DNA of 64,000 bases from Felis catus (GCF_018350175.1 NC_058368.1:210058001-210122000), one strand, 5' to 3'. Positions 25,619 through 38,899 are shown, numbered from the stretch's first letter. Numbers and translations: made by a program. The notes: generated from the letters alone by a model not told the origin.

Positions 25619-27019
25619 TTCATGATGGTTTCAATCATTTATTACATCTTCAACATCTGTTGGATGGCTAGTACTGTAACAAAAACACAAAGAAGTTTAA
25701 GTCACAGTTTCTTCCTTCCGGGGATTTAGGAATCCATTAGGGAGTCAAAATAGATATTAGAAACAGCCGAGATACAATACAAAGCCAAGTGTACTTATTC
25801 AACAAAATGAGTGATGTTGGCTGTAAGTATAAAAGGAGCCAGGGATATGGCAGACTATTGCAGATTGGTTGCTGTGGAAGATTTTACAGAGAAGGCAATA
25901 ACAGGTTAGGCCTGAGTGGGTAGGTTGGATTTGCAATGTGAAAGGGAACAGGCAAGGCATTTCTTCCAGGAATCTGGTCAGCTTGAGCAATGGCTTGGAA
26001 TTGGGAATGAGCGTGGTATGAGTAAGCACAGTGTAAGCAGACCATGAAAAGAATGGTGTTGGGGCTTAATCTCCTTGAGGTGTGATTGTTCACAATGTCA
26101 TTTTCTATAATGACAAAGGAGGAAGATTTTAACACTCTACAGAGCAAACAAAGCAGTGATTCAGTTTCACAGTTTATGTTGCTCACATAATTGTAACTTT
26201 CAGAAATATGATAGAATGATTAAAATCCACCTCCCCACTCCCACTGATGTTGGGATACAGCATGCCCTTCCCCTCCCCACCCCTACATTTTTGGGAGGCA
26301 GTGTAGGAACTAGCCTGGCTGGCTGGAGCCATGGGCTGTTACATTGTAGGTAGGATGGGGGCTGATCTTAGAGCCCATTAATAATGGTTGGCTTCCATTA
26401 TTTGACTCTCTGTCCTGGACCCCTCTCCCCCAAAGTAAGGGGCTATTCACCCAGAGAATGAAACCCCTTTACTATCGCTATAAAGACAGTGATCTTTTGC
26501 AGTGATCTATTGGTTGCTGCAACCATAGAAAAAAATGTCTAGTATGCCTAGCATGAATAGCTTTGGATTTCCTGCTGCTTTCATTTGAGCCCCAGTTCTC
26601 CATTTCCCTAATCACAGATTTCCTGTGCATATGGCTAGAGGGAGCCTGCCCTGTAGAGCCTTGTGGTATTAAGGCTAGAGATTGCCTCCGCTACCCCTCT
26701 GAGGAGTAAGGTGGTAGGTTGCAAATATTAATGTTGCTCTTTGGGGGCATAGGTCACAGGGGTATGGATCATCTTCCTAGTTCCTATCCTACCCTCAAGA
26801 AGCGTAAGAGTCACGGCAGCAATTACAAAAGCCATATAAGATTTCAATGTCAACTTTCCAAAGCCAGGTATTATGAGTTTCAAAAAAAAGGGCACAGTGA
26901 ATTTCTCTTTTTCTCTTCAGAGTATCAACCACTTATAAAATCCCCCACTCTGAAAGACAGTGGTGTATGTATATTTTCTCTTGAAGAGCTCTGTTGGTTA
27001 ATGTGGAATACGGCTGTCA

Positions 27020-27460
27020 TCCATTAATATATTCAGCAAGTGTTTATTGAACACTCACTTTGCAAAATGCCCATGCTTGGGGATAGGGATACGGTGGTGA
27101 GCAAAACAGCTAGTCATTGCTCTTAGGGTATTTAGAGTCTTGTAGGAAAGGCAAAGAGTAAACGATAGCAATGAAATGCATTGAATGCTCACAGGAGAAG
27201 CATACACGGGAGCATATAGCAATAGAACCTAACCAAGTTGATAAATTAGAAATTAGCCGGGCACCGGGAAGAGGAAGAGTGTTTCAGGAGGAGTGACAGC
27301 CTGGCAAGGGCTGGTGGTACTGGAGGAGAGAATGGTACATACTGAGACCAGAGGCAGAGGCAGGGGTCTGACTGTGATGATTTCTGGAAGTCCTCTTCAG
27401 GAGTCTGCATTTTATGAAAAGTGCATGGGAAACCAATGAGGAACTTAAAGCAGAGGAGCA
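27020..27460 (-). mobile_element. L2 relic
   Basis: attcagcaagtgtttattgaacactcactttg..gggatacggtggtgagcaaaacag: antisense L2 3' end. Confidence 0.65.
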
Positions 27461-27679
27461 AAGAGTGCATATGAAAAAAAAATGTGCCTCGTACCCCCTA
27501 CTGAAATACAGAGATTCAGACAAAGGCTTGTTTATAAACACTAAGCAACAGGAACCCTCGAAATTTACCCCCAACTCGGCTACCTATTCGAATAGTCACC
27601 TGTTAGCATTATTTTTCATTTTGGGTGAGGGTGAAATATGGGAAAGAAAATGAAGGATAGTGCTGGTACTTTAGGTTCT

Positions 27680-27745
27680 CTAGGATGCAGAGGTTTTTGT
27701 GAGCTAGGATGATTCAGAGATTTTCATGAGCCAGGATGATTCAGG
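27680..27745. repeat. Short imperfect tandem repeat, about 27-bp unit, about 2.5 copies
   Basis: ctaggatg---cagaggtttttgtgag / ctaggatgattcagagattttcatgag / ccaggatgattcagg. Confidence 0.75.
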
Positions 27746-29707
27746 ATAGGACTGACATTTCAAAATGATGGAGGAAACTGTTTCCTTAGTGTCAGGATCA
27801 GAAAGTGTGAAAGGAAATAGTCAAAACATTGACAGTGGTTATCTCTATTATGAGTGATTTTATTTTATGACATTTTTCAGTAGTCTCCAAATTTCTGTAT
27901 TTATTTTAAAATCTGAGGAAACATTATTTTCAATTTAGAATATAATAAAGTTAAACTTTACAGAATTTTCTCTTCTTTTCTTTAATCGTCCTTCCATCTT
28001 TGCGTGTCCTAAAGGTCACGGAGAGCATGTTTTGATTCATTATTCATTATTCAGGATCCTGGGGACATGGAGGAAAAGGCTTGGGAGGTGAGACTTGCAC
28101 AGAAGTGATAAATTCCATTTCACCATTGATTTTTACAGCTGCTGTGTTTCTTTCAGCCTCTTCTTGCCCTAAGCAGTATTAATAATGGATTTCATGTGTT
28201 CTTCCAAATTTAATGTTCAGCCCTAGTCTGTCACTGAAGCAGGCTCATGCAATGAACACTACTTTCCTTCTGAAATCTGGAATGTCTTGAAATAGCTCAG
28301 AAAGCACATGTAGAGGTGAGGAGATGTGTCATCGGATGTGCAGCTCAACGGAAGGGCTTGGATGATCCGGTAAAGGGCTTACATGAAATTAGTGATGGGC
28401 TCTCTCATTTTACTAGAAAAGAAACAGGCCCAGAGACATTAAGCAACTTGACCAACGCCATGTAGCTAGTTAGTGGCAGAATTGGGACAAGATTTACATT
28501 TTCCTATTCTTAGGATGTTGTTCTCACTCCGTCCCCTTGCCTGACCATTAATGGTGTCACCTTGGAAGCAGGTATTGGAGTGGGAGAGATGAATGCATAG
28601 TGAGCTATCAGAGCAGGGGCAAAAAAAGATTGGGGAAGGGGAAGGATGGAAATCAACAGGACGGGAAAACAGGGGGTATGCCAACCTCAGGGCAAGGCTC
28701 AAACAATCCAGTCCGATCCAAATCAGGCTGGCAAGCTGTCTTTGATTGGTCCATCCGGCTGAGTCCTTCAAGCTGTTATTCCCTGAACTGTGCCCAGCTG
28801 GCAGGATGAAAATCATTTGAAAAATATCCGGAAATCGCTACTCACCAGGGAGCATCTGTGAAAAATACTGACCACAAATGAGCTGGCAGGGGCTCGGTGA
28901 CTGCCCAGTCACCACGGCGAGTTTGTCTGAAGGGGTTCCGGAGTTATTTCCCAGATGGGCCGCGCAGCTGCCGTAAGTGGCTGGGCCTTGTGAAGTGTTT
29001 CTCGTAATGCAGGAGCTGTTTTCTTGAAGAGCTGTGAGCAGATCACAGTTTTGTACCTGGAATCGTGCTTTTCAAAGGCGCTCATTAAAAATCCTGTGAT
29101 GACTCTCTAAAGTGAAGGAGTTTTCACAAATAATTTGCCATTTTGTATATCTGGATTTCTTAGTGTAGAATCTACCCGGGGTCATCCTAATGAAGAAATT
29201 CTAGAGCACTGGGACATAATCTGTATTTTTGCACATTGTTGCTGTGAATGGCAAGCAAGAAACAGAGTTAGACCCTCTTCCTCGTAGCCGGAGATCCTGG
29301 GACCTGGTCCACCCTGCTGGAAGTTTGCCCAGCCTCTGATACCAATGCCTCCATAAGAAATCAAAGTTAGAAAAACCTAGTCCAACATTTCAGCTCATCC
29401 TCTCCTATCGCAGGTTGCTTCTAACATAATTCAATGAATGATTTTTCTTGTCTCCTATACATTACTGTCCTTCTCAAAAATGCTGATGTTCTCAGCAAGA
29501 TATCATGTAAATATTTTAGTTTGAGCTCAGAGTCCAGGCTGTTTGATCTCATTTGGGAATGAGACCACTTGCTGACACCTATTGACTGTTTGCTATCTCC
29601 TGTGGTCTTTTCACCTGTGGGGTAGGATCAGTAGTTCACCCAAAAAGGGTACTCTGAGTTTCAGTGAAGCAGTTGAAAGTAAGAGACTAAGATCTTTGCT
29701 TATCATG

Positions 29708-30231
29708 TGTATTAGTCCATGTTCTCCTGAGAAAAAGAATAGATATGTAGAGGAAATTTATTACAAGAATTGGCTCACACAATTGTGGAGGCTGAGAAGT
29801 CTCACAATCTGCCATTTGCAAACTGGAGAACCAAGAAAGCCAGTGGTGTAATTCAGTCTGCGTCCAAAGTTGAGGAAAGCCAATGGTATAAGTCTGGTAC
29901 AAGTCTGGTATAAGACCAAAGCCAATGGTCTTTGGATAAAAGAAGACCCAAGAAGCCAGAGTGCTGACGTCCAAGGGCAGGAGAAGATAGATGTCCCAGC
30001 TCAAGCAAAGACAGCAAATTTTCTTTTCCGCTACCTTTTGTTCTATTCAGGTCCGCCACAGGTTGGGTGATGCCTACCTTCATTGTTGAGGGAAATCTTT
30101 ATTTAGGGTGCCGATTCAAATACTAATCTCTTCCAGAAACACTCCCACAGACATACCTGGAAATAATGTTTTACCAGCTGTCTGGGCATCTCCTAGCCCA
30201 GTCAAGTTGACATATAAAATTAACCATCACA
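29708..30231. mobile_element. ERVL/MaLR solo LTR, MLT2-like
   Basis: tgtattagtccatgttctcc..gaattggctcacacaattgtggaggctgagaagtctc..agttgacatataaaattaaccatcaca; TG..CA ends. Confidence 0.8.
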
Positions 30232-30914
30232 CCTTCCAAATCAAATACACAAACTGTTCTGTTTATGAACTTCTGCCCCCTTGGCCAGTCACGTGACTTC
30301 TATCTATTCAAATACATGCAAGCCACTACATGCTGAAAAGGAAGAAAACAATGGTGAAAATTACCTCACAAAGAATAAGACCCATTCTAGAGAACTTGGA
30401 AACCCCTCAGAGAGGTCACACAACAAGCTCTCAGAGCAGAATTCCTAGGAATTCAGGACATGAGTTTCTCAAAGGCTTTTGTCTTGTGGACTCCCTTCTC
30501 CTGCACTTGACCTTTCAGCCCCAGAAACACAGAGGCTCTCTGGAGAGAGAAGTGAGAATCAGGGTGAGGAAAAAGAGACTTTGGGCAGCTAAGAAGCATG
30601 AGGGAAAGAACAATTAGAAAAGTGATTTTAAACAGAATCCTATCTTCCCTGGATTCCATCTGCTGGTACAGGTGACCACCTATGTTATCTAGGCCAGCCC
30701 TGTTAACTAGAGGGCCCTACCTTTTTTTTATCATGATTTTATATGTGGTCGCTGCTAAACTCCCTTGGCAGATGCCTTTGCTTTTCTCATATTATATAAA
30801 TATTGACAGCCTCACTTAAAAAATATTCCTTATCTATGTGGCTGCCGTCCACCAACAGGGACTGCACTAAAAGGCAACTTCCATGTCACTTAGACATGGT
30901 GTTACTTTGGTCCG

Positions 30915-31105
30915 AGGCTTCAGGCTTGGGTATGTATTAGAATCACCTGAGGGAGGGAAGGCTCATTAAGAAGTAGGGATTCTGGGTCTTATCCTAGGAA
31001 TTCTGATCTAGGGGCTCTGGAGTAGGCCCAGGAGTCTGCATTTTAACATGGACTTCCAGTGATTCTGTTGTAGATGGGTCCTGACTGCACTTTGAGAGAA
31101 GCCGA
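30915..31105. mobile_element. MER5-like hAT MITE
   Basis: tattagaatcacctgaggg..ggcccaggagtctgcattttaaca..gtgattctg..cactttgaga. Confidence 0.75.
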
Positions 31106-31469
31106 TAAATGTACTTTCCACAGAGCCCATTCAGAGGCATCTAGTGAGTCACCAGCCTCCCCTAGGCCTGTACCCTGTGGTTGCTGGCCTAAGTGAGCAT
31201 TTGCAGAGAATATGCAAGAGCCAGGGAATTTCCCTGCCATGTCTTGATACATAAAAGAGTGCCGGGTCTAGATGGTCAGGAGCCCAAAAGTCTTCTGGCT
31301 AGATAAGGCCAAACGCTTCTCAGGAAAGGATCCATAACTGAAAGATTAAAATAGGGCGTGCTTTCTGCTTCTTGCAGTATTTGGTCATTAAAGCATGGGA
31401 AAAGAACTATTTGTTGAGGGGGGAGACACAGTGATTGTCTTCGTAAGTTAAGGATTTGATTTTGTGGAA

Positions 31470-31650
31470 AGGAGATTACAGTTTTCCCGTGTGGCTCCAG
31501 AAAAGAACCAGGAGTAGTACGTGGAAGTGTAGGAGGCTGAGTTTAGTTCAATAAAAGGAAGTTAATAATTAGGGATCTGGAAAATAAAGTGGGTTCTGTT
31601 GCGTGGCAGTGCGAGCTCTACCATTTGAGAGTCATGATGAAGAGGCTAGG
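31470..31650 (+). mobile_element. L3/CR1 3' relic
   Basis: agaaccagg..tggaagtgtaggaggctgagtttagttcaataaaaggaag resembles the CR1/L3 3' end. Confidence 0.45.
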
Positions 31651-33472
31651 TTAATTAATCAACAAATTTATGTGTTCTACATTTTTTAACATAATTTAAA
31701 GTAGTGGAAAGAGTCCTGGATTTGGAATCAAGCCTAGACTGAAATGCCAAATCCCTCATTTGCTGTGTGACCTTGGGAATATAATTTAACTTTCACAGGA
31801 TTAACGTGATGTATGAGTAAGATAGAGCAAGTGCCTGGCACAGAGTAGGTGTTCACATGTATTTTCTCCCTGTCCCCTTCTTCTGTGTCTGCCATTGTTC
31901 TAGATATCAGAAAAGCAGACAAGTAAGAGCCTGTGTCTTCCCTGCAGGAGCTCCCTAACTAATAGTGGGAGACAACGAGAATCATAAACATTATGCCCGC
32001 TGTAATAGTGACAAGTGAAGGCTAATGGAGGCCCAGATGGGAGAGAGACTTCCATCTCTCTACAGGAGTTGATACTTCCTATGATCTCAGGTTCTGGATG
32101 TTGTCCTTTGAATTCTATTGGACACAGAGAGTGGTCTTCCATCTTGAAATAAGTACTCATTCCTGGGAAATGCTAAGGGACAATGAGAAATTATGCTACG
32201 AACCAAAGGCCAAAATTCCCCTTAGTGCTTTGATTTCTTTGGATCCATTAATCCAGAAAACATTTTTTGAGCTCCTACCAATTCTAGGTAGGGTGCTGTC
32301 AGCTGGGGATATAGAGCTAATAGGAGTGGTCCTTGTCCACACGAGGTTCACAGTCTGTGGAGACAGGCAGAGATGAATAAATACACTACACAATACCCAA
32401 TATCCATTTCAACCAACAATGTCTTTTTTTCTCATTTTTATATATTACAGTTATGTTTATTTGGGGCCAGTAAAACTTACTGTGGCCAAAATGGCCCTCC
32501 ATTCTGTAGTGACTGAACTCACAATAGAATTTTTTTCAAATTTCAATTCGAAAGTTTAATTTTTAGGACTTCAAAATAGTGATATTCAAACTCTTTTGAT
32601 CACATATTTTTATTAGTAAATCATTTTTGAACTTATATGTATATAAATTATTAACTAATTTCTCAAGGCACATTAATGGACAAGGCTATCATTAATAACA
32701 GTGTTTACAAACCCATACATTAAGTCATCTTGGTAATTTCAATTTGGGGGGATCCAATTCATTATCAGATGTGATGAGACAGTAATTTTTCCCCCTTGTA
32801 TTATTCTTGAAGGGTCATATTGGATAACTGCCATTGTGTTTGTATAGATTTTTATGTTTGTATTATTGCAAATATTATCTTCAACACACAGCTCATGTGG
32901 AAGTCCATTTTGTGAGGGCAAGTTTAATTAAAACTAGATAATGTCATTCATGAAGCCATTTAACTGGGCACCCAAAAACTGTAAATGTCCCTGCCCTAAA
33001 CAGAGGGAGATGGGCCCCACTGCTTTGTGGAACTTCCTCACCTCTCTGAGGACACCTCCTGTCCTTCATGTGAAACTGACCTTCTGACATACACACAGAA
33101 TGGCAGTGCCTGGGAAATATTGGTGAAGTTCATCTCTTTTCAACTTTCTGCTTTCCACTGGATCACTTCGTGTTCCTTTGAAGTGTATACCATGCACTTG
33201 GAAGCCATGCAGACTTGACAACCAGGGCTCCAGTCCACTCTGTTCCAGTGAGTGGCCCCACACAGCCTGCAGTACTGGACCATGACTCCTTTCCTTGATC
33301 CAGGGGTGTTCCTAAGGCTCTTGATATAGAAGCATTTCAATGAACATTTGAAAATTTGCTACAGTATGTTCTACTTACTCTCTTTTTAGTTGCAATTCAG
33401 TGTTCAGAACACATGGCCTGATATAAAAATTAAAACAAATTTTATACTTTTAGAGAACTAAACACACACACC

Positions 33473-33474
<2 letters not shown>

Positions 33475-33514
<40 letters not shown>
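33475..33514. repeat. (TG)n microsatellite
   Basis: Directly visible. Confidence 0.95.
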
Positions 33515-33515
<1 letters not shown>

Positions 33516-33775
33516 TTTGAGGGAGGAAAATAAAGGGAGAAGCAGGGTTTTTTTCACCACAGTCTTAGAGTCCAGCCTCATGAGAAGAAAAAGAAAACAC
33601 AAGTTTTTTATACTGATGATTAATATGATGTCAAAATGGTCTTTTGTTAAAAAAGAAACTCTTGTCATTTAATTCTATGCATAAGAAACTAAAAATCATT
33701 ATTTTAGTGAAAGAGAGGAGTTGTTTTCATGTTTTAATCCTTCTCTATCCCTTCTAGAATGCATCTAGAACATTC

Positions 33776-34535
33776 TCTTTTTTAATATAGTTGACAGTGT
33801 TATATTAGTTTCAAGGGTACAACATAGTGATTCAATGATTCTACACATTACAGAGTGCTCACCACGATAAGTGTCATCACCATCTGTCACCATCCAACAT
33901 TATACAGTGTTATTGACAATATTCCCTCTGCTGTACTTTTCATATCCATGACTTATTTATTTTATAACTAGAATTTTGTTCCTCTTTACCTATTTCTCCA
34001 ACACCCTCCCCCCAAACCTGGCAGCCACTAACTAATTTGTTCTCTGTATTTATAAGTTTGTTTCTTGTTTGTTTTGTTTTTTAGATTCTACATATAAGTG
34101 ACATCATATGGCATTTTCTCTTTCGGTCTTGACTTATTTCACTTATCATAACACCTCGTATGGTGTTATGGACCTGTAGGTCCATCCATGTTGTCATGAA
34201 CGACAAGATTTCACTCTTCTTTTATGGCTAGCATTCCATTGTGTATATACACCACCTCTTCTTTATCCATTAATTTATTGATGGGCACTTAGGTTACTTC
34301 CATATCTTGGCTGTTATAAATAATGCTGCAATAAACATAGGGGTGCATATGTCTTTTTTAATTAGTGTTTTTGTTTTGTTTGAGTAAATATCCATAAATA
34401 ACTGGATCATGTGATATTTCTATTTTTAATTTTTTGAGGAATCTTCATACTGTTTTCATAATGGCTGTTCCGCTTTACATTCCCACCAACGGTGCATGAC
34501 GGTTCCCTTTTCTCCACATCCTTGCCAACAGTTGT
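33776..34535 (-). mobile_element. Carnivore-type L1 3' end (5'-truncated)
   Basis: atattagtttcaagggtacaacatagtgattc..gctgcaataaacataggggtgcatat..tacattcccaccaac..tctccacatccttgccaaca. Confidence 0.88.
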
Positions 34536-34554
34536 TCTTAGAACAGGCATTCTT

Positions 34555-34994
34555 TTTTTTAATTAAAAAAATTTGGGGGGGGCACCTGGGTGGGTCAGTT
34601 GGTTAAGCGTCCGACTTCGGCTCAGGTCATTATCTTGAAGTTGGTGAGTTCGAGCCTTGGGTCGGCACTGTGCTGACAGCTCAGAGCCTGGAGCCTGCTT
34701 CAGAATCTGTGTCTCCCTCTTTCTCTGCCACTCCCTCACTCATGCTCTCTCTCCATATCTTAAAAATGAATAAACATTAAAAAAATTTTAAACATTTTTT
34801 TTTATTTTAGAGAGAGAGAATGAGTAGGGGAGAGGGGAAGAGGGAGAGAGAGAGAGAGAGAGAGGGAGAATCTTAAGCAGGCTCCACATTCAGTGCAGAG
34901 CCTGAGGTGGGACTCGATCCCATGAACCTGGGGTCATGACCTGAGCTGAAATCAAGAATGAGGCCCTCAACCAACTAAGCCACCCAGATACCCC
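34555..34994 (-). mobile_element. Older CanSINE whose tail hosts a second SINE
   Basis: Body at ~34795-34994; TSD core aggcattctt (34545-34554 / 35000-35009) brackets both SINEs. Confidence 0.88.
34575..34775 (+). mobile_element. CanSINE inserted in the tail of the opposite-strand SINE
   Basis: TSD attaaaaaaattt (34562-34574 / 34776-34788). Confidence 0.92.
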
Positions 34995-35014
34995 AAAAGA
35001 GGCATTCTTAATAT

Positions 35015-35480
35015 CTTTTATGCCATAAACTGTTAGCTGTTTGGTGCAAACTATAAACACTTTTCTCAAAATAGTCTATAGAGGTATAAAATAAAATACA
35101 TGGAATTTCATGGGAAATCAATCATATTCAAAAATCAAAATTTAAAAAGCGAATGTATGAGATAGTAACACATGTGTTTATTTACTAACACATTGAATAA
35201 CAAGATCTGGTGGCAAGTCTATTGTGATTTCAAAGTAATGATGAGTGTAAACGATACTTTGAGGCATCTGTAATAACTCGAATGTGATTCAAAAAATACC
35301 TGTAATTTCTCCTGTTGACAACTTACTAGTAACACTAGTAGAGCTCATTACATATATTCATGTCCGAAGAAAGTGCTAAATTGAAAATATCAATTAATGG
35401 AAATAGAGATGCAAGGTTTCCCCCATCCAATTTCATGAAGCACTGAATCCTATCCAGGGATCCCATCCTGGGACCCATCC
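35015..35480. mobile_element. Probable hAT/Charlie-type DNA transposon relic
   Basis: AT-rich; ttgaataacaagatctggtggcaagtct..gtaatgatgagtgtaaacgata is reminiscent of Charlie elements; recall only. Confidence 0.4.
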
Positions 35481-36285
35481 TACTGCCTCTGACAAGGGAA
35501 ATACCTGTGGGTGTAATGGTCACATGCTGTCCAGAAGGTGTCAGGCTTGCATTTCTGAAGACTGAAATCTGGTTGCTGCTATCCTCTCCCCAAACCAGTC
35601 TCCTGACTCAACTTCTACGGCAGATAATCCACCAAAAGCGCTGATTTCAAAAGAAACAAAGAGCTTCAAGGGAACAAATTCTACAAGGACTAACAAAGTG
35701 CTGTCTGAATTAAGAAATTTTATGGCAAAAAAAAAAAAAAATCTGAAGAAAGCGAATTGCTTTCCTGTCTTTTCAGTATGAAGACAAGATTTATGTTGTC
35801 AGCAAGGATCAGACACTGTGAAATTTTTGAAAATACATCACAGTAGATGCTTGGTTGAAGTTGGATAATTTATATCCTCACAGAGGATTCCATAAAGAGG
35901 AGGATTATAGAACAGAAGAGATACTGAAAATCCAGCCTATAAACAGAGTCTTCTGGGTACAAAGCAAGGATTAGACTATAATTCTTCCTTTCATCTGAGT
36001 TGTACGCTTAGAATTCTTCAAAGTCTCCAAGAAAACAAAGAATTTGTTGGAAATCTAGTGCACTGAATAAAAGATGTTTCCTAGAGAAGTCATTGTTCAC
36101 ATAGGGACTATATGGGCTTCTCCACATCTAACACATAAGTGTTTAATTATTTAGTGGATTTTGTTATGTGAATGTTTCATTAATGGATCGATTCAACCTG
36201 TATTCACTGAATTTTGGGGAATTACTTCTCTTCCCCCCTGATTTTCATATAATTTCTCATTGATCACCATTAGAAAATAACCCCC

Positions 36286-36655
36286 TGTAATAGTCTGCAT
36301 TATTTTCCCCAATTGTTTGTCCTCCCTAGAAAGGACTAATGTCAAATTTGGCCAAGTGACTTACTTGTGTTAATGAAATATTAGCAGACATGATATATAT
36401 CGGGTCCAAACAGAAATTTTAATAGCCACTGAGTGGTTCCACATCTTTCTCTCTTTCTTTTGCCTCAAGAATGATATGTCCTAGATCAGAACTCTTCCTA
36501 AAGCTTGTATTGCAGAAGAAAAAGACATGTGGAAAAGAGTGTCAGCCTACTGTGGCTGAAGTAACAGAAGTAAGGAAAAAGTCTTTATTGCTGCAAGCTA
36601 TTGCTATTTGGAGGTTGGTTGTCACATAGCAAAACTCAGTGAAAGCTGACCAACC
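36286..36655 (+). mobile_element. MLT1-like MaLR LTR
   Basis: tgtaatag..ttggccaagtgacttacttg..aatgaaatattagcaga..ctttattgctgcaagcta..gttggttgtcacatagcaaaactc. Confidence 0.65.
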
Positions 36656-38559
36656 CAAATTCTAGGTCTTTCAATTTTCAATTTTCTTTTTCCCTGCTGG
36701 CTTAAGTAGTTATTGATCTATAAGCAAACTAAAATAAGTTTACCATGGATGCTTCTATTTAATGACCACTCCTAAAATAATTGAGAAAGGAGACAAAACC
36801 TTGTCTGTTTCTATCTTTAATCTATTCCTCCTCCACTTCCTCCTCCTCGTCTTCTTCTTTCTTCTCCCCCTTCTTCTTTTTGTCTTCAACTAAATCTCAT
36901 TTATCGGTATCTGCTGGCTACGGAACCTTTCTAGATTCTTGCCAAGAAAACACAACTACTGTATTTGAGGACAAGTTGCTAGTTCCCAGGAAAAGCTTCT
37001 GGGTCTCTTGGGCTGGTCAATCACGGCTTTGCTCTTTCTTCTGATGGAGAAAGTATGGAATCCAAAGATAAACTTTGTCCATAAAGAGACAACGTTACGT
37101 TGATCATATGTCATGGATTTTGAGGTAGTCCCTATTTCAAATATCTACTCTCACTAACTCAGTGGTATGCAAAAGTACCCAAATTCTGCTTCTAAAAATA
37201 GTTATCTTAAGAGAATGTGTGATTTTATTTGTATAAAGTTCTAAATAGACAAAACCAAACTACATTGTTAAGTCAGGACAGTGTTTATCTCTTGGGGGAA
37301 AAATGGAGTGGCAGTTAGGTAGAAGCATGAGTGGGGCTTCTTTGAGGTCATAGCGTCCTGTCTCTTGTCCTTGATACACAGATGAGTATTCACTTTATGA
37401 TTATTTGTTTAAGATTTGTATATTTTTCTCTATATATGGCACTTCACGATAAAACGATTTAAAAAATCCTATTGCTGTAGCCATAACCTATTCAAAACAC
37501 ATATGACATTAAAAGCTTAAGAATTAACAAACTTAGAAGACCCACTTTGTTGTGTAACTAAGAAAAAACACTCTCCCCATTCATGCTGGCTTTCCTGGGC
37601 TAGGAACCAAGGGCAGTTCAATTTAGCACTTTTTTTCTCTCTATTGAGTGTTCTTGTGCGTGTGTGTGTGTGTGTGTGTGTATGTGTGTGTGTTTGACAT
37701 ATTTTTTTATAGCTATCAGGGGAAAATGACATTAATTAAGTAATTGTACAATAGGTAATTATATATTACAACAGTAATTATATAATTAAGTAATTATATA
37801 AGTAATAAACTACACTGCCATAAATACTATTAAAAAGTACAGGATGCTAGGAATATTAAACTTTATCTCTGCCATGCTGTTATCAGCCAAGAGAGGAAAC
37901 ACTGTATCAGATACAACTCTCCAATCTAGAAGAGGAAAGCAAGTGATAATAAATTAGCTCAGCAGGTAACAATTTCAGAGACAAAGCCAGTGATGCGCAA
38001 TAAGAGTGTGCAAAAGTAGATACTTCACTTGCCTCCAGCTGCTCCCACCATTGCTATCAGAAGTCATCCAGTTCCAGGCAGCATATCTGACTCTTCAGGG
38101 CTCCCTTTGATCTTTGATCCTCTTGTATCTATCTTTTCACACAAGCCTCTTTAAACACAGCTTCAGACACATTCCTAGAGCCTTCAACAGTGACATACTC
38201 CTCTCTACAACTAAGAAACTGAGAGCTGATCCTCAGATTGGTGTCTCCCTTGATATGACCTCAACCACCTCTCGACTTTATGGCCAGATCTGCAAGGCTT
38301 CTGGAATTCTCTGACCCAGAGAGCTCGGCCTTGGGGGCTCTAAGATCAGAGGAGAGGATGAAAATAAAGACCATCGAGGGAACTGAATTCTGCTTCCCAC
38401 CTCCCGAAGACAGCTCAAGATACATTTCCCAAACTCTGCTCCCCACCAACCAAAAGTTAAAAAAGAAAAAGAAAAGAAAAAAAAAAGGAAAAGAACCGTC
38501 AGACCTTGATTTTAAATGACTTCAACTTGGGCCCATGACAGCCCATAAGAAAAACTATA

Positions 38560-38880
38560 TTTGCCAGTCTCCCTTGCAGTTAGTTATGGCCTTGTGACTA
38601 AATTCTGGCCAATAGGATGAGCCCAGTACAAATGCAACTTCTCATTTCTATCCTCTTTCTTCCATCCTGCTGACTGGAATGTTAGGTGCGATGGCAGACG
38701 AGCTTGTCTCTGACATAGGGAGCATCCTACGGACAGCAAGTTAAGAGGAGGCCAGGTGTTTGCTAACTTGGCAGAAATACCTTAGCAGCTCTGACTTTCA
38801 TATGAGAACAAGACATTCCTATCTTGTATCAGCCTTGTTATTTTCACTCTGAAATGTGAAGCCAAGCCTGTATCTCAACT
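38560..38880 (+). mobile_element. MLT1-like MaLR LTR relic
   Basis: tcccttgcagttagttatggccttgtgactaaattctggccaataggatg. Confidence 0.6.
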
Positions 38881-38899
38881 GTGGCAGAGGCCGTCTATC

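Noticed and set aside
27680..27745. Direct repeats as a CRISPR-like array
   Set aside because: Adjacent units without spacers, only about 2.5 copies, and a mammalian context with no cas genes.
36815..36900. Minus-strand KKKKGEKKEEDEEEEVEEE* resembling an HMGB acidic tail
   Set aside because: No HMG box upstream; it is simply a low-complexity purine/pyrimidine tract.
37730..37810. gtaattatata repeated three times
   Set aside because: AT-rich low-complexity slippage with no sign of function.
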